Origin: Candidatus Nealsonbacteria bacterium | GTDB lineage: Bacteria; Patescibacteriota; Minisyncoccia; Minisyncoccales; JANBVM01 | NCBI GenBank assembly: GCA_026016225.1 | Contig: CP061210.1 | Coordinates: 194,000-257,999, forward strand | Reading direction: 5' to 3' | DNA: 64,000 bases | Part shown: one piece after another, positions 41,426-51,687 of the stretch | Position numbering within the stretch: position 1 is the stretch's first letter | How the letters are laid out: each line of letters opens with the position of its first letter | Notes under the pieces: model-generated | The model's input: the letters and a program-made list of their open reading frames with translations, nothing else | Database searches by the model: none | What the model was told of the DNA's origin: nothing | Position numbers and translations under genes: made by a program

Positions 41426-43822
41426 ATGAAATATGGACCCCAAAAAATAGAGCCAAAATGGCAGAAGTTTTGGGAGGGAAATGGTTTTTATCAAGCTAAG
41501 GACTTCTCAAAAAAACCAAAAAAATATATTCTCATTGAGTTTCCCTATCCTTCAGGTCAAGGGCTTCATGTAGGTCATTGTAGAAGCTATTCTGCAATGG
41601 ATGCAATAGCCAGAAAAAAAAGAATGGAAGGTTTTAATGTTTTATTCCCAATAGGTTGGGATGCTTTTGGTTTACCAACAGAAAATTATGCTATTAAAAC
41701 AGGAATTCATCCTGAAATAGCTACTGAGAAAAACGTAAATAACTATAAAAGGCAATCAAAAAGCTTGGGTTTTTCTTTTGATTGGAATAGAGAAATTAAT
41801 ACTACTGACCCAAAATACTATAAATGGACTCAGTGGATTTTTTTAAAGCTTTTTGAAAATGGATTAGCATATCAGGCTAAAATTCCTATTAACTGGTGTC
41901 CTTCTTGTAAGATTGGACTAGCGAACGAAGAAGTAGTTGATGGAAAATGTGAAAGATGTAAGGCAAAAGTAACTCAAAAAGAACTCAAACAATGGATGTT
42001 AAAAATTACAGAATATGCTGACAGATTAATTGAGGATTTAGACAAGGTTGATTATTTAGAAAAAATAAAAGTTCAACAGATTGATTGGATTGGTAGAAGT
42101 TACGGCGTAGATATAGATTTTAGAGTAGAGAATTTAGATAAAGTGATTAAAGTTTTTACTACTAGGGCTGATACTATTTTTGGAGTAACAGCAATTGTTA
42201 TAGCCCCCGAGCATTCTCTGGTTGAAAAATTGGTTGCCAAAGAGCACTTAATTGAAGTTAAAAAGTATATTAAGGAATCACGAGAGAAATCAGAGTTTGA
42301 GAGGACAAAATTAGAAAAAGAAAAAACAGGAGTATTTACAGGAGGTTTTTGTATAAACCCCGTTAATAACGAGAAGATTCCTATTTGGATTGGAGATTAT
42401 GTGGTAGCAACTTATGGAGGAGGAGCTGTGATGGTTGTTCCTGCTCATGATAAAAGAGATTATGATTTTGCAAAACGTTATGGATTAGAAATTAGAGAAG
42501 TTATTAAAGGCGGAGATATTTCAAAAGAAGCCTTTATTGAATACGGAACTTTAGTTAATTCAGGTCCATTTAATGGTTTATCTTCAAAAGAAGCAATTGA
42601 GAGAATTACAGAATGGTTAGAAAAAAATAATCTTGGTAAAAAAAGAGTTCAGTATAAACTAAGAGATTGGGTCTTTTCACGCCAGCATTATTGGGGAGAA
42701 CCAATACCAATTATTCACTGTAAAAAGTGCGGTGTAGTGCCAGTACCTGAGAAAGATTTGCCGGTTGAACTCCCTTATGTTGAAAGATATCAACCAACTG
42801 AGACAGGTGAATCACCTTTGGCTGCTGTTGCTGATTGGGTGAATGTAAAATGTCCTAAATGCGGGAGTAAAGCCAAAAGAGAAACAGATACCATGCCAAA
42901 CTGGGCAGGCTCAAATTGGTATTATTTAAGATATTGCGACCCAAAGAATGAAAAAGAGATAGTTGATAGAAAGAAGGCAGAATACTGGATGCCGGTTGAC
43001 TGGTACAATGGTGGCATGGAACACACAACCTTGCATTTATTGTATTCTCGCTTTATTTACAAATTTCTTTTTGATATTGGAATAGTTCCCCAGCCAGAGC
43101 CCTATCAAAAAAGAACCTCTCATGGGATGGTTTTGGCTGAAGATGGTCGTAAGATGTCAAAGTCTTTTGGTAATGTGATAAACCCTGATGATATTGTAGC
43201 AAATTATGGTGCTGATACTCTCAGGGTTTACGAAATGTTTATGGGTCCTTTTGACCAGACTATTAGCTGGAGCAGTAAAGGAGTAAAAGGAGTTCACAGA
43301 TTTTTAAACAGGGTCTGGAAGCTGGTTTTAGAATGTTCTGAGAATAAAAAGAGTGGCAAAGAAGCTGTAAAAGAAGTTCATAAATTAAATAGAAAAGTAG
43401 AAGAGGATTTAGAAGCTACAAAATTTAATACGGCCGTTGCAGCTTTTATGGAATTTATTAACTATTGTTATAAAAACAAAAAAGATGTTGGAAAAGATGT
43501 AATACAAAGAATGTTAATTTTATTAGCTCCTTTTGCTCCTCATATTAGTGAAGAACTTTGGCAGTACTTAGGAAACAAAGGTTCAGTTCATGAGCAATCT
43601 TGGCCTAAATACGACTCAAAATTAGTCAAAGAAAAAACTATTACTCTTATTATTCAAATAAATGGCAAGGTTCGGGATAAGGTTGAGGTTAAAGCAGACA
43701 TTTCTGAAGAGGAAGCTAAAGAATTGACATTAAATAGAGAGAAGATTAAAAAAAGAATATATAACAAAAAGATTAAAAAGATTATTTTTGTTCCGGGAAA
43801 ATTAATTAATATAGTTATATAA
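41426..43822 (+). CDS. leuS: leucyl-tRNA synthetase
   Basis: FPYPSGQGLHVGHCRSY (HIGH), the CP1 editing domain (TTRADTIFGVTA), and KMSKSFGN. Confidence 0.95.
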   Translation: MKYGPQKIEPKWQKFWEGNGFYQAKDFSKKPKKYILIEFPYPSGQGLHVGHCRSYSAMDAIARKKRMEGFNVLFPIGWDAFGLPTENYAIKTGIHPEIATEKNVNNYKRQSKSLGFSFDWNREINTTDPKYYKWTQWIFLKLFENGLAYQAKIPINWCPSCKIGLANEEVVDGKCERCKAKVTQKELKQWMLKITEYADRLIEDLDKVDYLEKIKVQQIDWIGRSYGVDIDFRVENLDKVIKVFTTRADTIFGVTAIVIAPEHSLVEKLVAKEHLIEVKKYIKESREKSEFERTKLEKEKTGVFTGGFCINPVNNEKIPIWIGDYVVATYGGGAVMVVPAHDKRDYDFAKRYGLEIREVIKGGDISKEAFIEYGTLVNSGPFNGLSSKEAIERITEWLEKNNLGKKRVQYKLRDWVFSRQHYWGEPIPIIHCKKCGVVPVPEKDLPVELPYVERYQPTETGESPLAAVADWVNVKCPKCGSKAKRETDTMPNWAGSNWYYLRYCDPKNEKEIVDRKKAEYWMPVDWYNGGMEHTTLHLLYSRFIYKFLFDIGIVPQPEPYQKRTSHGMVLAEDGRKMSKSFGNVINPDDIVANYGADTLRVYEMFMGPFDQTISWSSKGVKGVHRFLNRVWKLVLECSENKKSGKEAVKEVHKLNRKVEEDLEATKFNTAVAAFMEFINYCYKNKKDVGKDVIQRMLILLAPFAPHISEELWQYLGNKGSVHEQSWPKYDSKLVKEKTITLIIQINGKVRDKVEVKADISEEEAKELTLNREKIKKRIYNKKIKKIIFVPGKLINIVI

Positions 43823-43844
43823 TTTTTAATTTGGTGAAACGCTT

Positions 43845-45653
43845 ATGTGTAGAGTTTCAGGTTACATTGGTAAAAAAGATGCCCTCCCAATTATAATGGA
43901 TGGATTAAGACGTCAAAGTTACGGCGGCTATGATTCGAGTGGTGTTTTAATAGGAAAAGAAACAGAAATATCTTTGGTAAAAGCTGTAGGAAAATTAGAG
44001 AATTTAGAAAAAAAGTTAGAGAATCAAAAGTTAGAAGGAGACTGGGGAATAGGACATATAAGGTGGGCAACTCATGGAGCAGTGACAGAAATTAATACCC
44101 ACCCTCATTCTGACTGCACTAAAAATATCTGGGTAGTTCATAACGGCATCATTGAAAACTACCGGGAATTAAAAGAAGAGTTAATAAGAGAAGGTCATAA
44201 ATTTACTTCTGAAACTGATACAGAAGTAATAGCTCACTTAATTGAGAAATTTTTCAAAGAGAACTTAGAAGAAGCAACAAGAAGGGCTCTAAAATTGATT
44301 AAAGGAACTTATGGTTTATTAATTATTAGTAAACAAAACCCTCAAAAGATTGTTGCTGCCCGTCTTTCTAGCCCTCTTTTAATTGGAATAAACGAAGATG
44401 AATATATTTTAGCTTCTGATCCAATCGCTATTGCTCCTTATGCCAGGAAAATCATTCAACTTGATGATTATGAAATAGCGACAGTGACTCCTAAAGACAT
44501 TTTTATTATAAAAGAAAAAATTCCCCAGATTCTGGAATTAGATATTGAGGAGACAGAAAAGGGTAAATACCCCCATTTTATGCTAAAAGAGATAATAGAA
44601 GAACCAACAGCTGTTGAAAATGCAATCAGAGGGAGATTAATACCAGAAGAGGGAACAGTAAAATTAGGAGGTTTGGATAATGTATCTGAAAAGTTGAAAA
44701 AAGTAAATCAATTGGCTTTGGTTGCCTGCGGAACTGCAAATTATGCAGCCAGAGTGGGAAAATATATGTTAGAAGAGTATGCTGGTATTCCAACAGATGT
44801 AGATATAGGTTCTGAGTTCCGCTACAGGAAGCCAATAGTTGATAAAAATAATGCTGCTGTTTTTGTTTCCCAATCTGGAGAGACAGCTGATACTTTAGCC
44901 GGTCTCAGAGAAATGAAAAAGAAAGGTATTTTAACTATAGGAATTACAAACGTTGTAGGTTCTACCCAGGCAAGAGAAACAACAGCAGGTGTTTACATAA
45001 GAGCAGGACCTGAGATTGCCGTAGCTTCTACCAAAGCATTTTTGGGACAATTAGCCATATTAACGATGCTTACTGTGCATTTAGGCAGGCAAAGAAATAT
45101 GTCTTTGGTAATGGGAAGGAGGATTGTTACAGAGCTTTCAAAACTTCCTCAATTAGCCAGAGAGATTTTAAAGAAAGCTCCGGAAGTAAAAAAATTGGCA
45201 GAAAAATACAAGGATTTTAAAAACTTTTGGTTTATAGGAAGAAAATATAATTTTCCTGTGGCTTTAGAGGGAGCTCTAAAATTAAAAGAGATTTCTTATT
45301 TACATGCTGAGGGAGGTGCAGGAGGAGAATTAAAACATGGTCCTTTAGCTCTGATTGATAAAAACTTTCCCACAATAGCTATTTGTCCTTCAGATTCGGT
45401 TTATAATAAAATGATTTCGAATGTGGAAGAAGTAAAAGCAAGACGCGGTCCTGTTATTGCTATTACCACAGAAGGAAATGAAAGAATAAAAGAATTGGTA
45501 GATGATATAATTTATATTCCAAAAACTCTAGAGATGTTAACTCCAATGCTTTCAATCATTCCTCTCCATCTTTTTGCCTATTATATGGCAGTTTTACTTG
45601 GGCATGATGTGGATAAACCAAGAAACCTGGCAAAATCAGTAACAGTAGAGTAA
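43845..45653 (+). CDS. glmS: glutamine--fructose-6-phosphate aminotransferase
   Basis: N-terminal nucleophile Cys2 (MCRVSGYIG), two SIS domains, and the canonical C-terminus PRNLAKSVTVE. Confidence 0.9.
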   Translation: MCRVSGYIGKKDALPIIMDGLRRQSYGGYDSSGVLIGKETEISLVKAVGKLENLEKKLENQKLEGDWGIGHIRWATHGAVTEINTHPHSDCTKNIWVVHNGIIENYRELKEELIREGHKFTSETDTEVIAHLIEKFFKENLEEATRRALKLIKGTYGLLIISKQNPQKIVAARLSSPLLIGINEDEYILASDPIAIAPYARKIIQLDDYEIATVTPKDIFIIKEKIPQILELDIEETEKGKYPHFMLKEIIEEPTAVENAIRGRLIPEEGTVKLGGLDNVSEKLKKVNQLALVACGTANYAARVGKYMLEEYAGIPTDVDIGSEFRYRKPIVDKNNAAVFVSQSGETADTLAGLREMKKKGILTIGITNVVGSTQARETTAGVYIRAGPEIAVASTKAFLGQLAILTMLTVHLGRQRNMSLVMGRRIVTELSKLPQLAREILKKAPEVKKLAEKYKDFKNFWFIGRKYNFPVALEGALKLKEISYLHAEGGAGGELKHGPLALIDKNFPTIAICPSDSVYNKMISNVEEVKARRGPVIAITTEGNERIKELVDDIIYIPKTLEMLTPMLSIIPLHLFAYYMAVLLGHDVDKPRNLAKSVTVE

Positions 45654-45665
45654 AGTTTTAAAAAA

Positions 45666-47309
45666 ATGGAAAAAACAATTTTAATCGGAGGAAAAGCAGG
45701 TCAGGGCACAGCCGTGACTTCACATTTTATAGGAAAAGTATTTTGTGCTCTGGGCTATTATGTTTTTAACTATCGTGATTATCCTTCTCTTATAAGAGGA
45801 GGTCATAATTTTAATGTTTTGAGAATTTCTGACAAACCTGTTTATTCTCATAAAGATAAATACGATATAATTTTAGCTTTTGACCAAAAAACAATAAATT
45901 TACATCAAAAAAATTTAAAAAGAGAAGGTTTTATTTTAGGAGATAAAACTTTAAAAACAAAGAGGTTGCAAAAAATTGATATTCAGCCTATTTTAAGTAA
46001 ATTAAAAGCCCCCAAAATTATAGAAAATGATATTTTAATAGGGTGGCTTTTTAAATATTTTGGAGTTGATAAAAACTTCTTATTAAAAGAGGCAGAAAAA
46101 GTTTTTAAAGGAAAAAAAACAGGATTAATAAAAAAAGCTATAGAAAAAGGATATAGTTTAGCCCCAAAAAAAGAAAGATTAAAGAGGGTAGGTTCGAAGA
46201 AATATTTCATTTCAGGAAGTCAAGGAATAGGAATTGGGGCTTTAAATTCAGGAATTGATATTTATATTGCTTATCCAATGACACCAGCTACTCCTGTTTT
46301 GCACTTTTTAGCAGGAAAACAATTAAAAGATAATATTTTAGTCTTACAATTAGAAAATGAGATTTCAGTAATAAATTCAGCTTTAGGAGCTTCTTTTGCC
46401 GGAGCTAAAACAATGGTGGGAACTTCTGGAGGAGGCTTTGCCTTAATGACAGAAGCTATGAGTTTAGCAAGTATCTCAGAACTGCCTTTGGTGGTTTATT
46501 TAGCTCAAAGAACAGGGCCTGCTACGGGTGTTCCAACTTATACAGCTCAAAGTGATTTAAAATTTGCAGTTAATGCCGGGCACGGAGAATTTCCAAGAAT
46601 TGTTGTAGCTCCCGGAGATTCACAAGAAGCAATATTAAGAACCCAGGAAGCTTTTTATCTCTCTTTGAAATACCGAACCTTAGCGATAATTATAGGGGAT
46701 AAACATGTAGCAGAATCAGATTATAGTTTTGATACGTTGAAAGTATCTCCTTTAACCAATCAAAAATTTATTTTAAAGAATCCTCCTAAAAATTACAAAA
46801 GCTATAAAATAACAAAAAATGGAGTTTCTCCACGAGCTGTACCCGGTCAAGAGCCCGTGATTCGAGCTACCAGTTATGGACACAACGAATACGGAAATAC
46901 AATCGAAGATGCAAAATGGACAATTAAAATGAACGATAAAAGATTTAAAAAAGTAAGATATTTAGAAAAAGAAATAAGTAAACTAAATCCTGTCTCTATT
47001 TATGGTAAGGGGAAAAACCTAATAATTGCTTGGGGTTCAACCAAAGGAGCCATATTAGATTCATTACCAGAACTTAAAAGTTTTAGATTTTTGCAAGTTT
47101 CCTACATCAGTCCCTTTCCCAAAAAAGTTATAGAAAACGAAATTAAAAAATCTAAAAGAGTGGTTTTAGTTGAGAATAATGCTACAGGTTTATTAGGAGA
47201 TATAATTGCTGAAAAAACAGGATTTATTATTAAAGAGAAAATTTTAAAATACGATGCCAGACCGTTTGTTTCTGACTATATAATTAATAAAGTAAAGAAA
47301 AAAAAGTGA
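45666..47309 (+). CDS. korA: 2-oxoacid:ferredoxin oxidoreductase, fused gamma-alpha subunit
   Basis: N-terminal gamma-type block (GGKAGQGTAVTSHFIGK...YPSLIRGGHN) followed by the alpha domain (AYPMTPATP...). Confidence 0.75.
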   Translation: MEKTILIGGKAGQGTAVTSHFIGKVFCALGYYVFNYRDYPSLIRGGHNFNVLRISDKPVYSHKDKYDIILAFDQKTINLHQKNLKREGFILGDKTLKTKRLQKIDIQPILSKLKAPKIIENDILIGWLFKYFGVDKNFLLKEAEKVFKGKKTGLIKKAIEKGYSLAPKKERLKRVGSKKYFISGSQGIGIGALNSGIDIYIAYPMTPATPVLHFLAGKQLKDNILVLQLENEISVINSALGASFAGAKTMVGTSGGGFALMTEAMSLASISELPLVVYLAQRTGPATGVPTYTAQSDLKFAVNAGHGEFPRIVVAPGDSQEAILRTQEAFYLSLKYRTLAIIIGDKHVAESDYSFDTLKVSPLTNQKFILKNPPKNYKSYKITKNGVSPRAVPGQEPVIRATSYGHNEYGNTIEDAKWTIKMNDKRFKKVRYLEKEISKLNPVSIYGKGKNLIIAWGSTKGAILDSLPELKSFRFLQVSYISPFPKKVIENEIKKSKRVVLVENNATGLLGDIIAEKTGFIIKEKILKYDARPFVSDYIINKVKKKK

Positions 47310-47313
47310 AACT

Positions 47314-48183
47314 ATGAAATCTCAATATTTTGGTACAAAAGAAGAAAATACATGGTGTCCTGGTTGTCCAAACTTTGGAATTTTACAGGCTTTTAAAAAT
47401 GCCTTAGCTGATTTGGTTAATGAAAAGAAGATTAAAGCTAAAAATATTGTCATCGCCAGCGGTATTGGTTGTCACGCCAAGATATTTGATTATTTAAACG
47501 TAAATGGTTTTTATGGGCTTCATGGCAGGGTTTTGCCACTTTGTTTTGGAATGAAGGTTTCAAATCCAGAATTAACAGTAATTGGATTTGGCGGAGATGG
47601 TGATACTTATGCAGAGGGTATTTCCCATTTTGTTCACAATTGCCGCTATAATGCTGATATAACAATGCTCGTTCATAATAATAAGGTTTTTGCCCTGACA
47701 ACCGGGCAGGCCACCCCTACATCAGAAAAAGGATTTGTGGGACGTTCTACGCCTTTGGGAGTAAAAGATAAACCATTAAATCCGATAGCTTCAGCTATTG
47801 TTAATGGAGCTACTTTTGTAGCCAGGGGTTCTGCTTTGAATACAAATCATCTTAAAGAGCTTATAAGAGAAGCAATAAAGCATAAAGGTTTTTCTTTTAT
47901 CGATATTTTGCAGCCTTGTTTAACATTTAATAATTTTAGTCCCTATCTCCAAAAACATATTTATAAATTAGACAAAAATCACAAAGTTACAGATTTTAGA
48001 CAAGCTTTTAGGAAGAGTATGGAGTGGGATTATTCTTTTAAAGAAAAAGATAAGATTCCAATTGGTATTTTCTATAAAATAAAAAAGCCCACTTTCGGAG
48101 AACAGTGGCCTCAATTAAAGAAATCCTGGTATAAAGTAAAAAGAAAAATTAATTTTAAGAAAACCGTTGAAGAGTTTAAATAA
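47314..48183 (+). CDS. korB: 2-oxoacid:ferredoxin oxidoreductase, beta (TPP-binding) subunit
   Basis: WCPGCPNFGIL, and GFGGDGDTYAEG (TPP motif GDG). Confidence 0.8.
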   Translation: MKSQYFGTKEENTWCPGCPNFGILQAFKNALADLVNEKKIKAKNIVIASGIGCHAKIFDYLNVNGFYGLHGRVLPLCFGMKVSNPELTVIGFGGDGDTYAEGISHFVHNCRYNADITMLVHNNKVFALTTGQATPTSEKGFVGRSTPLGVKDKPLNPIASAIVNGATFVARGSALNTNHLKELIREAIKHKGFSFIDILQPCLTFNNFSPYLQKHIYKLDKNHKVTDFRQAFRKSMEWDYSFKEKDKIPIGIFYKIKKPTFGEQWPQLKKSWYKVKRKINFKKTVEEFK

Positions 48184-48185
48184 GG

Positions 48186-49448
48186 TCAAACCCTTTTAAT
48201 TTCAGCTCCTAATTTTCGTAGTTTTTCATCAAGTTTTTCATAACCCCTGTCAATCTGATAAACATTCTCAATAAGACTTTGTCCTTTTGCGATTAAGCTC
48301 GCCAATATCAATGCCGCACCCGCCCTGATATCCGGGGCGTTTATTTTATTTCCAATTAGTTTTGTTTTCCCGAATACTAAAGCTCTATGAGGATCCGTAA
48401 TTTCAATGTCAGCCCCCATTTTTCTTAATTCGTGAAGGTGGTTGAAACGACTCTCATATAAGGGGTCATGAATTAAAGATTTTCCTTTAGCTTGTGTTAA
48501 TAATACCGAAGTTTCAGGTTGTAAATCAGTAGGAAAGCCAGGATAAGGAAGAATTTGAATTTTACTTGGTGATATTTTTTTTGATTTTTTGACCAAAATT
48601 TTGTTTTTCTTAATTTCGAGATTTACTCCAATTTCTTTCATTTTTTCTAAAAAGAAAGATAAATGCTCTGGATTTACATTTTTTATTTTTCCTTCTCCAC
48701 CTGTTATTGCAAAAGCAATAACAAAAGTTCCAGCTTCTGTAGGGTCAGGAGAGATTGAAAATTCAGCTCCCTGTAATTTATTTTTCCCTTCAACTTCAAT
48801 TGTATGGGTTCCAATCCCTTTAATGCCCACCCCCATTTTTTCTAAAAATTTTCCTAAGTCTTGAATCTGTGGTTCACAGGCAGCAATTTCAATCTTGGTT
48901 TTTCCCTTGGCTTTGGCAGCTAACATCAGGATATTTTCTGTAGCAGTAACTGAAAACTCTTTTAAGACGATATTCTTACCCTTTATTTCTTTTGGGGCTT
49001 TAAAATAATAAAATTCATTTCCTTGCTTAACTTTTACTCCGAAACTTTTTAAAGCTTCCAGGTGGGCAGAAATTGGTCTTAATCCAATTTTGTCTCCGCT
49101 TGGATGGGGAACCTTGAATTTTTTAAATCTTGTCAAAAGGGGACCAATTAACAAAACCGAAACTCTCATTTTCTCAAAAAGCCCAGATGGGATTTTATTT
49201 GGGTTGATATTTTTAGGATTTATTTTAACCTTTTTTGGACCCATCCATTCAACCTTAGCCCCCATTTCTTTTAAAATTTCAATTAAGTTTAGAACATCCA
49301 AACAATGTGGTAAATTGTCTATTACTGAAGCTTTTTCAGAAAGCAAAGAAGCTGCCAATACAGCACCGGCTGAATTTTTATATCCAGAAATTTTAACTTC
49401 ACCTCTTAATGGCTTTCCGCCTTTAATTAAGAAGAAATTTTTAGCCAT
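48186..49448 (-). CDS. murA: UDP-N-acetylglucosamine 1-carboxyvinyltransferase (Asp in place of the fosfomycin-target Cys)
   Basis: 420 aa. GGKPLRGEVKISGYKNSA start. The active-site loop reads PSGDKIGLRPI rather than the usual GGC.IG.RP. YPGFPTDLQ is also present. Confidence 0.9.
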   Translation of the reverse strand: MAKNFFLIKGGKPLRGEVKISGYKNSAGAVLAASLLSEKASVIDNLPHCLDVLNLIEILKEMGAKVEWMGPKKVKINPKNINPNKIPSGLFEKMRVSVLLIGPLLTRFKKFKVPHPSGDKIGLRPISAHLEALKSFGVKVKQGNEFYYFKAPKEIKGKNIVLKEFSVTATENILMLAAKAKGKTKIEIAACEPQIQDLGKFLEKMGVGIKGIGTHTIEVEGKNKLQGAEFSISPDPTEAGTFVIAFAITGGEGKIKNVNPEHLSFFLEKMKEIGVNLEIKKNKILVKKSKKISPSKIQILPYPGFPTDLQPETSVLLTQAKGKSLIHDPLYESRFNHLHELRKMGADIEITDPHRALVFGKTKLIGNKINAPDIRAGAALILASLIAKGQSLIENVYQIDRGYEKLDEKLRKLGAEIKRV

Positions 49449-49573
49449 AATTAGTTATTATAGATTAAATTTTATTTTTTGGCAAATTTTTAAAGATTAT
49501 TGAAATAAAAAAAATACGCTTCGATTTTGTAAAATATAAAAAAAATAAAAAATGAAGCGTTTTAATTTAGAAT

Positions 49574-50239
49574 TTAAAGGTTGGAGATTTTTTCTTCAAC
49601 CTTATCTATGTGAAATTTAGCACTTTCGCCACTTTCTTTCTCGTATTTTTTATAAAGTTTCAGAGCTTCTTGATAGTCTTTCTTTGCTTCACCTAATTTA
49701 CCAAGTTCTTTCAGCGCATCGGCCCTATTGTGCTTGCCGTGACCGGCTGTTCGGAAATCTTTTTTCTTTATGGCCGTCTCATAAACTTTCTCGCAGATCT
49801 TTACACTTTCTTCGAAATCTTTTGCCCACCGATAGAGAATGGCTCTTATATTCCAGATAGAAGGTTCTTGGGGAAATTTTTCCGTAGCTTTAAGACTTTC
49901 TATTTTTGCTTCTTCTTTCTTTCCTAGAATCCACAAAGATAATGCCAGCCCGTTTTTTGCTGAGACTTCTGTATCTTTTGCTTTTTCTTTCTCTGAAAGT
50001 AACAACTTTCTCAGAAGTGACAATGCTATCTTAAAACTATTTACTGCATTTTGTATATTTATGTTTTTCTCTTCTTCTGGCCCCTTTATTCCTTTATAAT
50101 AGTAACTCCATCCTTTTATTCTGTTGGCTTCTGCGATATCATTATCCTCAAAACTTACAAAAAATGTATCAATGATATTAATTACTTCATTCCATTTTCC
50201 CTTATTATATAATTCTTTTGCTGATTTCAATATTTCCAT
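49574..50239 (-). CDS. TPR-repeat protein
   Basis: 221 aa with recurrent W..A...Y..AL/G.Y..A 34-residue patterns. Visibly higher GC than neighbouring genes. Confidence 0.6.
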   Translation of the reverse strand: MEILKSAKELYNKGKWNEVINIIDTFFVSFEDNDIAEANRIKGWSYYYKGIKGPEEEKNINIQNAVNSFKIALSLLRKLLLSEKEKAKDTEVSAKNGLALSLWILGKKEEAKIESLKATEKFPQEPSIWNIRAILYRWAKDFEESVKICEKVYETAIKKKDFRTAGHGKHNRADALKELGKLGEAKKDYQEALKLYKKYEKESGESAKFHIDKVEEKISNL

Positions 50240-50308
50240 TTTTATAACCTATTTAATTTTTAAAGATCATCGAATTAGCTTTTTAGCCAACCCTCACTTT
50301 GTGCTAAA

Positions 50309-50337
50309 AATATAACAGAATTTTCAATTTTCGTCAA
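50309..50337 (-). promoter_or_regulatory. promoter of the TPR gene
   Basis: Minus strand: TTGACG (plus 50332-50337), 17-nt spacer, TATATT (plus 50309-50314). 23/29 identity to the promoter block at 50952-50980. Confidence 0.5.
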
Positions 50338-50348
50338 ATTTTTGAATA

Positions 50349-50379
50349 AAAAATTCCCGAGAATTATTTTTGCTCGGGA
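50349..50379 (-). terminator. terminator after the phosphatase-fold gene
   Basis: TCCCGAG (50355-50361) / CTCGGGA (50373-50379) hairpin followed by a T-run on the minus strand. Confidence 0.65.
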
Positions 50380-50892
50380 CTAAATACTTTTGAATTCTTT
50401 TATCTTAAGTTCCCCTTCCTCCGTCAGCCATATACGATATATACAAGCTGACTTTGCTTCTTGGCGTGGAACTCCAGCAGCAATCACCACAATACGTCCT
50501 CCTATTATGAGGATATTTCCTAGTTCTGATTGGCTCAAAATTTTTTTAAGCCAATTCAATGTTTCTTTCAAAGCATCTTTGTATTGAGAAAGTAGTTTAG
50601 TAAAAGGAACTTTCGTCCCGTCAGGAAAAATTATTTTTCCATCTGGTGCCATAACTTCTTTCTTTCCTGCAAAATCAGACATAATATCAGGTTTCCTACC
50701 GGCGAACTCAAGACACGCATCTAAATGCCTGTTTCCTGTTCCCGAAATCAAAAAGCATTCTTCTAAGTTAAATTGAGCAGAGAGTTGATATTTTGATTCT
50801 TTCATTTGTTGTTTTCCATTTGGGGTTAACCCGGGATCAGCTAAGTTCTTCTCGTAATCTCCATGAGTTATTACTAAATATATCCTTTCCAA
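50380..50892 (-). CDS. histidine-phosphatase-fold-like protein with degenerate catalytic motifs
   Basis: 170 aa. TTG start preceded by an AGGTGA SD. LVITHGD..GLTPNGKQQ resembles the RHG...LT..G..Q block but has Thr for Arg. ILIIGGR replaces the usual SHG. Confidence 0.4.
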   Translation of the reverse strand: MERIYLVITHGDYEKNLADPGLTPNGKQQMKESKYQLSAQFNLEECFLISGTGNRHLDACLEFAGRKPDIMSDFAGKKEVMAPDGKIIFPDGTKVPFTKLLSQYKDALKETLNWLKKILSQSELGNILIIGGRIVVIAAGVPRQEAKSACIYRIWLTEEGELKIKEFKSI

Positions 50893-50949
50893 ACTTTTTC
50901 ACCTATTCAATTTTTAAAGAGAATATTTTTAATTAAATTTTGTGTTTAA

Positions 50950-50978
50950 ATCGTAACAGACTTTTTAATTTTTGTCAA
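50950..50978 (-). promoter_or_regulatory. promoter of the phosphatase-fold gene
   Basis: Minus strand: TTGACA (plus 50973-50978), 17-nt spacer, TACGAT (plus 50950-50955). Confidence 0.45.
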
Positions 50979-51047
50979 ATCCTTAGTATATTTAATATAG
51001 TATTCTGATATTGATTTAGTTTAATTTTATGATATAAAAATGAGAGT

Positions 51048-51677
51048 ATGGAAATTCTAAAAGCCAAAACTAAAAATTTGGTTGTAGCCATAAACATTAT
51101 TAAAAAAGGAGGAGTTGTGGTTTGTCCCACAGATACTGTTTATGGTTTAATAGCAGATGCTAAAAACAAAAATGCTGTTAAAAAGATTTTTAAAATTAAA
51201 AAAAGAGTTTTGAAAAAACCGCTCCCTGTTTTCGTTAAAGATTTAAAAATGGCAAGAAGTTTGGCAGATATCAATAAAACTCAAGAAAAGATTCTAAAAA
51301 AAGTTTGGCCTGGAAAAGTAACAGCGGTTTTAAAGGCAAAATCTACAAATCTTCCAATTGGCATCTTGAGTAAAGACAAAAAAATTGGGTTGAGAATGCC
51401 AAGATACAAACTATTGAATTTGTTATTAGAAAAACTAAATTATCCTCTTGCGCAAACCTCAGCTAATATTTCAAGGAAAAAGGCGTCGACAAAAATAAGA
51501 GAGATTGTGAAACAATTTAAAAAAGAAAAATATCAACCCGATTTGATTTTAGATGCAGGGAATCTTAAACCTTCTTTATCTTCAACTGTAATTGATTTGA
51601 CAAACTTTAAAATCTTAAGGAAAGGACAAATTCAAAAAGAAGAAATTTCCCAGATTTTTAATAATTTGATAAAATAA
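51048..51677 (+). CDS. tsaC: L-threonylcarbamoyladenylate synthase (TsaC/YrdC/Sua5 N-domain type)
   Basis: GGVVVCPTDTVYGLIADA, RKKPLPV and LAQTSANIS blocks. Confidence 0.8.
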   Translation: MEILKAKTKNLVVAINIIKKGGVVVCPTDTVYGLIADAKNKNAVKKIFKIKKRVLKKPLPVFVKDLKMARSLADINKTQEKILKKVWPGKVTAVLKAKSTNLPIGILSKDKKIGLRMPRYKLLNLLLEKLNYPLAQTSANISRKKASTKIREIVKQFKKEKYQPDLILDAGNLKPSLSSTVIDLTNFKILRKGQIQKEEISQIFNNLIK

Positions 51678-51687
51678 GATTAATAAT

